Positions 32,178-39,991 of a stretch of DNA of 64,000 nt are shown here, piece by piece; positions within the stretch are counted from its first letter, which is position 1, and the number at the start of each line of letters is the position of its first letter. Below the pieces are notes generated by a model. It made no database searches and had not been told where the DNA came from. It saw only the letters and a program-made list of their open reading frames with translations. This stretch comes from Acidobacteriota bacterium (GTDB lineage: Bacteria > Acidobacteriota > UBA890 > WLXD01), in contig CBDFKD010000002.1 in NCBI GenBank assembly GCA_965248695.1, positions 1,088,001 through 1,152,000 on the forward strand, given 5' to 3'. The translations under genes and the position numbers were made by a program.

Positions 32178-33127
32178 GCCAGCGACGATCGGGTCTCTTC
32201 CGGTTCGCGGCGTCGGTGGTGATCGCCGTCGTGCTCGTCTGGTGGCTGCTTGGCGATCTCGGTGTCGGGCCGGTAGTCGAGGCGATTCGCGGCGCTTGGC
32301 TACCCGGGCTTGCCCTTGGCGTGGCGGTCTTCTGGGCGATGATCGCATTCCGGGTGCTGCGGTATCGCGCCCTGCTGCGGGAGAGCGTACCGCTCGGTGC
32401 CCTGACGCTGATCACCGTCGTGCGTGGCATGGTCGCCGACCTGCTCCCGGCGCGCATCGGCACCCTCGCCTATGTGTGGTTGGTCACCACGCGCGCGGGC
32501 GTGCCGCTGCCCGATGCCCTGAGCTCGTTCTTCCTGGCGCTGGTGCTCGACATGGTAGTGATCGCGCCGATGCTGCTGCTGGCCCTGGCGGCGGTCGGGT
32601 TCGGCATGGAAGCGTCGGGCGTTTTGGCGGCGCTGGCCGCGGTGTTGCTGGCCGTCTCGGTGGCAGCGCTCGTCCTCCTCGCCCCTTGCTTGCGGATCGC
32701 CGGGCGCCTTCTCGGTGTGCACACGTTCGTCGATACCGCCGACCAGGTGGACGAGGTCCGGGCGCGCGGCGACCTGTTGCCGGCTGTCCTCCTGTCGTGC
32801 GGCGTGCGCGTCACCAAGTTCGGTGCCCACTATCTGATTCTGCAGTCGGTCCTGGTACCGCTGGGAATCTCGTGGGGCTCGCTCGGCTTTGTCGAATCGT
32901 TTCTAGGGGTCGCCGGCGCCGAGCTCTCGGCGATGCTGCCGGTGAGCGGCCTCGGTGCGTTCGGAACCTGGGAGGCGGCGTTCGCCCTCGGCTTCACGCA
33001 GCTGGGCCTGACCCAAGATCAGGCGGTGCTAGCCGGGTTCGCCACCCACATACTCACGCAGCTGCACGACTATGGGCTGGGGCTGATGGCGCTGCTCATG
33101 CTGATGCGACCCGGGCGAGGAACGTAG
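32174..33127 (+). CDS. Lysylphosphatidylglycerol synthase TM-like / flippase-like membrane protein
   Basis: Multiple hydrophobic helices; LLPARIG; LPVSGLGAFGTWE; GTGA overlap with the upstream gene. Confidence 0.8.
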   Translation: MSQRRSGLFRFAASVVIAVVLVWWLLGDLGVGPVVEAIRGAWLPGLALGVAVFWAMIAFRVLRYRALLRESVPLGALTLITVVRGMVADLLPARIGTLAYVWLVTTRAGVPLPDALSSFFLALVLDMVVIAPMLLLALAAVGFGMEASGVLAALAAVLLAVSVAALVLLAPCLRIAGRLLGVHTFVDTADQVDEVRARGDLLPAVLLSCGVRVTKFGAHYLILQSVLVPLGISWGSLGFVESFLGVAGAELSAMLPVSGLGAFGTWEAAFALGFTQLGLTQDQAVLAGFATHILTQLHDYGLGLMALLMLMRPGRGT

Positions 33128-33776
33128 CTGCGTCGGGTAGGTGCTCTACCGCCCACCATGGCTCGAACCGCTGCAGCTCTTCGGCGCCGAAGGGACCGGT
33201 TCCGACCGCGATCGTAAGGGCGTTGATCGCCTTGCCACAATCGATGTCGTGGCGCGTGTCACCGATCACGTAGAGCGCTTCGATGGCGTCTCCGTGTTGT
33301 GCCTCAGCCTGGCGCCGCGCCTCGCGAGCGATGTCGCGCCGGGCGATCCCGTGGTCCGCGAAGGCGCCCCAGGCGAAGTAATCCAGGATCGCATGATGCC
33401 CCAGCTTCAGCCTCGCACCGGCCTCGAGATTTCCTGTCAGGAGAGCGTTCTCGAAGTCGTCGCGCGCCGCGACCGCCTGCAGTATCTCGACCACGTTCGG
33501 GTGGATGAAGCCGTTGGTGCGACGCTCCAACCATTCGGGCAACAGCTCGACGTAGCGACCGAGCAACGACGCCGCCAGCTCGGCGGAATACTCTCGACAC
33601 AGCACATCCAGGATCGCGTCCTTAGCGATCCTCCCGTCCGTCATTCCGGCCGGGCTCATGCTGTTGACGTCGACCGGGCGCCCGTATTCCTCGGCGAGCG
33701 CCTGCACCCATGCGTGCATGCCGGCGCGATCGGTGTTCAGCAGCGTCCCGTCGATGTCCCACAGCAGGACCTTCAT
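33096..33776 (-). CDS. HAD-family hydrolase (phosphoglycolate phosphatase-like)
   Basis: WDIDGTLL, LLTGN, VIGDTRHD; ATGA overlap with the S9 peptidase stop. Confidence 0.9.
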   Translation of the reverse strand: MKVLLWDIDGTLLNTDRAGMHAWVQALAEEYGRPVDVNSMSPAGMTDGRIAKDAILDVLCREYSAELAASLLGRYVELLPEWLERRTNGFIHPNVVEILQAVAARDDFENALLTGNLEAGARLKLGHHAILDYFAWGAFADHGIARRDIAREARRQAEAQHGDAIEALYVIGDTRHDIDCGKAINALTIAVGTGPFGAEELQRFEPWWAVEHLPDAATFLARVASA

Positions 33777-35884
33777 CCGTCTTCGGACGCGACCTCGGTG
33801 GTTTCGGGGGCTTCCTTCGCCGGACGGTCCGCCGGGCTCCATTCGTTGCCGAGGACGTGATCCTGCATCCAGCGAATCTCCTCCACGTCGCGGCGTCGCT
33901 GGTGGCGCGGCTCGCGGAACCCGTGCGGCTCGCGCGGGAAACGCATGTAGCGGACCGGTGCCTTGCCGATGTCCTTGAGCGCGGTGAAGAACATCATGCT
34001 TTGTTGCTCGGTGTCGGTCAGGTCGTTCATCCCGTGAATGAGCAGGGTCGGCGTCGTGACGTTGGTGGCATGAGTGAGCGCTGACTGGTCGCGCCACCCC
34101 TCTGGGTTGTCCCACGGCGTGCCGCCGATGTGCCACAGGCGGACGTCGTTGTTGAACCCGGGTCCGTACTCGGACGTCCAGTCGTAGACCCCGGCGCCAA
34201 TGCTGGCGGCCTTGAAGCGCTCGGTGTGGGTGATCGTCCAGCCGCCGAGGATGCCGCCGTAGCTCCAGCCACGCACTCCCATGCGCTCCGGGTCGGCGAT
34301 GCCCTGCTCGATGAGCGCGTCCACACCGGTCATCAGATCCTGGAAGTCGCCCATGCCGATGCCGTCACCGCGGGTGAAGGTATTGCCCTCGCGCAGGTAG
34401 TCGTCGTAACAGCACGACCCGCGCACGTTAGGGGAAAGGGCGATCCACCCCAGTCCGCCGTAGACGTGGTACATGGCGCGGAAGCTGTTCGAGAACACAC
34501 CTGCCGGACCACCGTGGATGTTGAGCATCAACGGTAGGGCCGTTCCCTCGGTGTAGCCGGGCGGCAGGTGCAGCAGCCCTTCGATCTCCATGCCGTCGTG
34601 GCTCTCCCATTGAAAGAGCCGCATATCGGCCAGCAGCAGATCCTCTAGCTGGGGGTTGGCGTCGGTCAGCCGCAGAGGCTCGAAGTTCTCCACCGTGCCG
34701 ACGAACAGATCGGTCGGCGAGTCGAAATCGGTGTAGCCGTACACGAAGCGGGTGCGATCGGCGGAAAACGACAGGCTGCCGACGACCCCGTCGAGGTTCG
34801 TGATCTGCTCCACGTCGCCAGATTCGACCTCGAGTCGGTAGACGTTCCAGCGCGTTCCCTCGGTGCCGGCGAAGAGCACATAGCGACCGTCCGGGGTCCA
34901 CGATGGGCTGCGGATCTCGCCGTCGAAGGAACCCGAGATCTTGCGGTGCTCGGCGAGCTCGGCGTCCATCATCCAGAGCTTGGTGTTGCGGTTCATCCAG
35001 CCACTGTCGTCAGCAGCGCGGTAGAGGAACTGTGAGCTGTTCGGGGCCCACAGCACGCCGCCCTCGGGAGCGTGGTTGTCGGTCAGGCGCGTCTTCTCGC
35101 CGCTCGTCAGGTCGAGCACGAACAGCTCGGTCTTGTCGGCGTCGTTGCGTCGATTCGAATAGCGGGCCGCCATTGCCGCCAACTTGCCGTCGGGCGACGG
35201 ATCGAAGCTGCTGATCAGGAACTTCTCCTCGGTCAGCTGCTCCTCTTCCTTCGATTCGAGGTCGAACGCCCAGAGGTTGGACCATTGACCCTGGTTCTGG
35301 CCGTTGGGGCCCTCGTCGACGAAGATCGGATCGTCGCCCTTGCCCATCTCCTTGATTTCGTCCTCGGCGCGCGCGTCGTCGGCGACGAAGAAGATGCGGC
35401 TGGAATCAGGTGACCAGACGTAGCTACCGACCGACGTCGCGTGCTTGGTCAGCGCGACAGCTTCGCCGCCGCGCGTGCGCATCAGGAACAGTTGTTGTTT
35501 CGGGCCGGCACCGGGCGCGGGTGGCGACTGCTCGCCGTCATCGCCAACGCTGCGCTTGAACGTCAGGTACTGGCCATCGGGCGAGAACTTGAAGTCGCTG
35601 CCTCCGGCCTCGCCGAGGTACTGGAACGGGTCGCCGCCCATCGCCGACACCATGTACGCCTTGGTCTCGTACTTGTTGTCGTCCCAGGTAAGCGTGCGCT
35701 GCGTGTACAGCACCCACTCACCGTCGGGTGACATGATCCCGTTGCCCACGTTGACCACGTCGAGCGCATCGTCGACGGTCATCGGGCGGGGTTGCTGAGA
35801 GGCGGATTCAGTATCCTGTGCGCCAGCCACGGTGGATGCGAGCAGGGCTACGAGAACGGCGGAGAGAGTCTTGCGCATGGTCAT
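33773..35884 (-). CDS. S9 family peptidase (acylaminoacyl/dipeptidyl peptidase-like), exported
   Basis: Signal peptide; SPDG propeller repeats; IHGGP; GWSYGG; HG..D; EPHG. Confidence 0.93.
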   Translation of the reverse strand: MTMRKTLSAVLVALLASTVAGAQDTESASQQPRPMTVDDALDVVNVGNGIMSPDGEWVLYTQRTLTWDDNKYETKAYMVSAMGGDPFQYLGEAGGSDFKFSPDGQYLTFKRSVGDDGEQSPPAPGAGPKQQLFLMRTRGGEAVALTKHATSVGSYVWSPDSSRIFFVADDARAEDEIKEMGKGDDPIFVDEGPNGQNQGQWSNLWAFDLESKEEEQLTEEKFLISSFDPSPDGKLAAMAARYSNRRNDADKTELFVLDLTSGEKTRLTDNHAPEGGVLWAPNSSQFLYRAADDSGWMNRNTKLWMMDAELAEHRKISGSFDGEIRSPSWTPDGRYVLFAGTEGTRWNVYRLEVESGDVEQITNLDGVVGSLSFSADRTRFVYGYTDFDSPTDLFVGTVENFEPLRLTDANPQLEDLLLADMRLFQWESHDGMEIEGLLHLPPGYTEGTALPLMLNIHGGPAGVFSNSFRAMYHVYGGLGWIALSPNVRGSCCYDDYLREGNTFTRGDGIGMGDFQDLMTGVDALIEQGIADPERMGVRGWSYGGILGGWTITHTERFKAASIGAGVYDWTSEYGPGFNNDVRLWHIGGTPWDNPEGWRDQSALTHATNVTTPTLLIHGMNDLTDTEQQSMMFFTALKDIGKAPVRYMRFPREPHGFREPRHQRRRDVEEIRWMQDHVLGNEWSPADRPAKEAPETTEVASEDG

Positions 35885-36077
35885 GGCTTCAGGTTGAAGT
35901 TGAGGGACTCGAACGCGAGCGTTGGCGGCCCAAAGTTATCATCGCGGCGGCACCGGGTTCCGGGTCGGAGGCCAGCGAAGCGCAAAGGGCTGGGGCCGGA
36001 AGGCGTCGCGGGCGTCTGACGCGCCCACCGTGGCGCGTTGTCTACACGAATCGAAGGATGTGAATCGAGGCATATGG

Positions 36078-37805
36078 ATGCGAACCGAGCGTAGGGTTTG
36101 TGGAGGCGTGCTGGCGGCCATCTTGGTGCTCGGAGCCGGCGGACCCGCGTGGTCGGCTCAGTCGACAGGCGCCACTCTCGTGATGCGGGGCGGGCGGGTT
36201 GCTACGGTCGACGCTGATTTCAGCATCGTCGAGGCGATCGCCGTAAGCGGACACGAGGTCATTGCCGTAGGTAGCAATGCCGACATCGCCCCTTTCGTCG
36301 GCCCGGACACCGAGGTGATCGAGCTCGACGGGCGACTGGCGATTCCGGGATTCATCGAGAGCCACGGGCACTACCTGAGCCTGGGTCGCTCCAAGATGAT
36401 CCTCGATCTGAACACAGTGACCTCCTGGCAGCAGATCATCGACATGGTCGAAGCGGCCGCTCGACTAGCTGAACCCGGCGAGTGGATCTTCGGACGCGGC
36501 TGGCATCAGGAGAAGTGGAGCTCGACGCCGACGCCGAACGTCGACGGCGTGCCGCTGCACGACGGTTTGTCGGAGGTCACGCCGGATAATCCCGTTGTTC
36601 TAGGGCATGCCAGCGGCCACGCGGCGTTCGCCAATGAGCTGGCGATGGCGCTGGCGGGCATCGACGCCGACACTGCCGATCCTGATGGTGGCACCATCGT
36701 GCGGGATGCCCGCGGACGCGCCACGGGCTTGATGCGGGAACGAGCTCAAGGCCTGGTCAACAGGGCCTCGAGGGCCTCCGATGGCGACCGAACGGACGCA
36801 GATCGCGACGAGGAGTTCCGTCGCCAGGTCGCGCTCGCCGGTGCCGACGCCCTCAGCAAGGGGGTGACGAGCTTTCAGGATGCCGGCGCCGGGTTTGGCA
36901 CCATCGACCGGCTCAGGGCGATGGCGGCCGCAGGCGAGCTGCCGATCCGCTTGTACGTGATGGTTCGCGGTCACTCGAATGAGGAGATGGACCGAATGTT
37001 GCCGCGGTACCGGATTATTCCGCAGGGCAACGACTTCCTCGCTGTGCGCTCTATCAAGCGCCAGATCGACGGCGCTCTCGGCTCCCACGGTGCGTGGTTG
37101 CTCGAGGACTACGTCGACATCGACAACGCGGGTCTGGTGCTCGAGCCTGTGGAAGACATCGAGGGCACGGCGGCGGTGGCCGCAAAGCACGGTTTCCAGG
37201 TCAACACCCATGCCATAGGCGATCGGGCCAATCGCGAGGTGCTCGATCTCTACGAACGCATGTTTGACGCTTCCGGCTTGAACGGTCCCGACCTGCGCTG
37301 GCGCATCGAGCATGCGCAGCACATCCACCCCGACGACATCCCGCGCTTCGGCAGCCTTGGCGTGATCGCTGCAATGCAGGGCGTCCATGCCACCTCCGAC
37401 GGACCATGGATTCCACTGCGGCTGGGTGACGAACGTGCCCGGTCCCGCACCTACGTGTGGCGCGACCTGATCGACTCCGGCGCCCTGATTGCGAACGGCA
37501 CCGACGTGCCGGTCGAGAACATCGATCCGATACCCAGTTACTACGCTTCGGTCGCCCGCATCCTGGCCGACGGTTCGACCTTCTACCCGGAGCAGAACAT
37601 GACGCGCGAGGAGGCATTGCGCTCTTACACCATCAACAGCGCCTACGCCGCCTTCGAGGAACACCTCAAGGGATCGCTGGAACCCGGCAAGCTGGCCGAC
37701 ATCGTGGTTCTCTCGCAGGATATTCTGGAGATTCCCGCGGCAGAGATTCCGGCCACTCGGGTCGATCTGACAATCGTGGGCGGCGAGGTACGCTATCGGC
37801 GCTAG
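36078..37805 (+). CDS. Amidohydrolase family 3 (YtcJ-like), exported
   Basis: PGFIESHGH, DGALGSHGA, HAIGDRAN, RIEHAQ, GTDVP, GSLEPGKLADIVVL. Confidence 0.92.
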   Translation: MRTERRVCGGVLAAILVLGAGGPAWSAQSTGATLVMRGGRVATVDADFSIVEAIAVSGHEVIAVGSNADIAPFVGPDTEVIELDGRLAIPGFIESHGHYLSLGRSKMILDLNTVTSWQQIIDMVEAAARLAEPGEWIFGRGWHQEKWSSTPTPNVDGVPLHDGLSEVTPDNPVVLGHASGHAAFANELAMALAGIDADTADPDGGTIVRDARGRATGLMRERAQGLVNRASRASDGDRTDADRDEEFRRQVALAGADALSKGVTSFQDAGAGFGTIDRLRAMAAAGELPIRLYVMVRGHSNEEMDRMLPRYRIIPQGNDFLAVRSIKRQIDGALGSHGAWLLEDYVDIDNAGLVLEPVEDIEGTAAVAAKHGFQVNTHAIGDRANREVLDLYERMFDASGLNGPDLRWRIEHAQHIHPDDIPRFGSLGVIAAMQGVHATSDGPWIPLRLGDERARSRTYVWRDLIDSGALIANGTDVPVENIDPIPSYYASVARILADGSTFYPEQNMTREEALRSYTINSAYAAFEEHLKGSLEPGKLADIVVLSQDILEIPAAEIPATRVDLTIVGGEVRYRR

Positions 37806-38263
37806 GTCTCTCGCAGTCGACCGATATCACGAACGTTCGGCGAAGCCCCGGGCGTGTCCAGCGCTTGCAGGATCGGACACTCGGCGTCGGGCGCGGTTTC
37901 TCGCCTGCAGGCGTCGGTGAGCTTCGACAGCGCCGCCTTCATGTGCTGCAGCGTTGCGATCTTGTTCTCCAGCTGCTCGATCTTGCTCTCGGCTCGATGC
38001 CGTACGTCCTCGCGCGTCACCCCGGGGGCGATTCGCAAGGAGAGGAGATCCTGGATCTCAGCAAGCGAGAACCCGAGCCCCTTGGCTCGTCGGATGAAGC
38101 GGATTCGGGACGCGGTCTCCGGCGGGTATCGCCGGTAGCGGGTAGCCGGCTTCGGCGGCTCCGACACGAGCTCCTTGCGCTGATAGAACCGGATGGTCTC
38201 GACGCCGACACCGGCCCGCGCTGCCAGCCTCCCGATCGTCAGACTCTTCTCTGATCCGCTCAC
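37802..38263 (-). CDS. MerR-family heavy-metal-responsive transcriptional regulator
   Basis: LTIGRLAARAGVGVETIRFYQRK HTH; FIRRAKGLGFSLAEI; C-terminal C-x9-CPI loop; GAGGAG RBS before GTG. Confidence 0.93.
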   Translation of the reverse strand: MSGSEKSLTIGRLAARAGVGVETIRFYQRKELVSEPPKPATRYRRYPPETASRIRFIRRAKGLGFSLAEIQDLLSLRIAPGVTREDVRHRAESKIEQLENKIATLQHMKAALSKLTDACRRETAPDAECPILQALDTPGASPNVRDIGRLRET

Positions 38264-38379
38264 TTGTCGACTCTCCTCGAGCTGCCTGTAGATCCGAGCC
38301 GCAGAGGGCACTTCACCTGATCCACGCTTCGCCCGGCGGCAATGTGTTGACTGCCCTGCAGCTCGGCGCGGCTCTGTGG

Positions 38380-38411
38380 TTGACTCTGTACCTTAGTACG
38401 GACCTTAGTCT
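38380..38411 (+). promoter_or_regulatory. MerR-type promoter/operator: -35 TTGACT, long spacer with dyad TCTGTAC-CTTA-GTACGGA, -10 TAGTCT
   Basis: TTGACTCTGTACCTTAGTACGGACCTTAGTCT closely resembles the classical mer promoter architecture (TTGACT-CCGTAC-N4-GTACGG); divergent from the MerR gene. Confidence 0.88.
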
Positions 38412-38417
38412 GAGCTC

Positions 38418-39350
38418 ATGAGGACTCGTCTTCGGATTGCGTGCCTGCTCGCGCTCGTCGCGCCCGGCCTCTGGCCGAGCGCTGCGGCGGCGCAGATCTT
38501 CGCCAAGGGAGCGCGCACCGAGTTCATCTCCGGCTTCGGCATCCGCGCGTTTACCAGCTTCCACCGCCTGGGAACGCTGCTAGACGACGGCGAGGAGGTC
38601 GCAAATCCCGCAGGCCGGCGGGTGCTCGTCCGCACCACACCGATCGTCATCGTCCACGGGCTTCGGCAAGGGCTGTCGGCGATCGGTGTGTTTCCTCTGG
38701 TGGACAAGTCAGTCGATCTCGACGCTCCCGATCGCCCGGGAACCAGCTCTGGAGTCGGCCTGGGTGACGCCACGTTCCTGTTGAAGTGGCGGTTGCTGAA
38801 GAAAGATCGCGGGCGCGGGACCTTCCAGCTCGCGGCGGAGCTCGGGATCAAGGTGCCCACCGGCAGCACCTCCCTTCGTGATCGAGACGGCGGCTTGCTA
38901 CCGCGCGGCTTGCAGCGTGGCACCGGATCCTGGGATCCGACTGGCGATCTCGTAATGACGTTCGTACCACGTAGCGGCCGCTGGATCTTCGGTGCCGATC
39001 TGGGTTTCACTGCCACTACCGACGCCGACGGATTCAATCTCGGCGATCGGTTGGCGTACGACGGTGTGGTCAAGTACCGCCTCCGGCCGAACCGCTATCC
39101 CGGCCGCGATCTGTTCCTCATGGTCGAGCTCAACGGGCGGCAGCAGGGCGGGGCACGCGCCGGTGGCGTCAAGCTCGACGACACGGGCGGCCATGTTCTG
39201 TACGTGTCGCCCGGGCTGCAGTACCTGTTGCGGCGAAACTTGATCTTGGAGGGCGGCGTTCAGCTGCCGGTGCTGCGCGACGTCCGCGGCACCCAGCTGG
39301 TCTCCGACTACAACGTGCTCTTGGGAATCCGCTACATCATCCTGCCTTGA
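38418..39350 (+). CDS. Probable outer-membrane beta-barrel 'transporter' (MetA-pathway/phenol-degradation-like family)
   Basis: Signal peptide; SGVGLGD; KVPTG; LQRGTGSWD; TGGHVLYVSPGLQ; alternating beta-strand C-terminus. Confidence 0.75.
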   Translation: MRTRLRIACLLALVAPGLWPSAAAAQIFAKGARTEFISGFGIRAFTSFHRLGTLLDDGEEVANPAGRRVLVRTTPIVIVHGLRQGLSAIGVFPLVDKSVDLDAPDRPGTSSGVGLGDATFLLKWRLLKKDRGRGTFQLAAELGIKVPTGSTSLRDRDGGLLPRGLQRGTGSWDPTGDLVMTFVPRSGRWIFGADLGFTATTDADGFNLGDRLAYDGVVKYRLRPNRYPGRDLFLMVELNGRQQGGARAGGVKLDDTGGHVLYVSPGLQYLLRRNLILEGGVQLPVLRDVRGTQLVSDYNVLLGIRYIILP

Positions 39351-39399
39351 ATCAGATCCTGCCTTGAGCCACCGAAGCGACGAATCAAGAGGAGGTCCC

Positions 39400-39963
39400 A
39401 TGCGACGCGACCCGATCGGAACGAGCCCGATGACCCGCCGGCAGATGGTCCAAGTGCTGGTGCCGGTCTTCGTCACCCCGACGCTGGTCATGGGTGCCAG
39501 GACGGCAAGCATGGTCGAGGCGGAGGTCGGTGTATCGGGCATGTACTGAGGGCTTTGAGCCTACGGGGTCACCCGATCCCTACAGCGCCTGGATGGCGTT
39601 GCCGAAGCCAAGGAAAACCTGGAGCGCGAGCTGGTTGCGGTCACGTTCGAGAGCGGAGCACGAGTGGACCCTGTGGAGCTCGAGGAGGCGGTGCGGCGTG
39701 TCGACTTCACACCGACCCACGTGAGGCTCTGGATCGAGGGAACGCTGCTCGTTGAAAGCTCGCCCGATTCGACCGCGCCCACAGTGTGGCTCGTTGCTGA
39801 AGCCAGCGGCCAGCGGTTCGAGCTGCGGGAGAAGGCCGACGCTGACGCCGTGCTGGCCGCCCTGCGCGACCGGACGGGAGCTCGGTCCCGGGTCTGGGGC
39901 CTGGCGGTGCGATCGGAAGGCAAGCCGGAGGTGATTCTTCACGTCGAGGGGTACGACGATTAG
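39400..39963 (+). CDS. Predicted selenoprotein: exported HMA-domain protein with UxxU (Sec50, Sec53) metal-binding motif, 187 aa
   Basis: AGAGGAGGT RBS; single frame M..TRRQMV..VGVSGMY-TGA-GL-TGA-AYGVTRSLQRLDGVAEAKENLERELVAVTF..VDPVELEEAVRRVDFTP; both TGAs occupy the GMxCxxC cysteine positions. Confidence 0.8.
39565..39601 (+). other. Candidate bacterial SECIS-like hairpins downstream of the two in-frame TGAs
   Basis: GGGGUC-ACCC-GAUCCC (39565-39580) and CAGCGCC-UGGAU-GGCGUUG (39583-39601), paired by eye. Confidence 0.5.
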
Positions 39964-39991
39964 CCAGGCGGCGGGCTGGGTTGTCACGGCC

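Noticed and set aside
39547-39558. Genome-wide UGA reassignment as the explanation for the in-frame TGAs
   Set aside because: TGA is used as a normal stop in many genes here, including ATGA/GTGA overlaps
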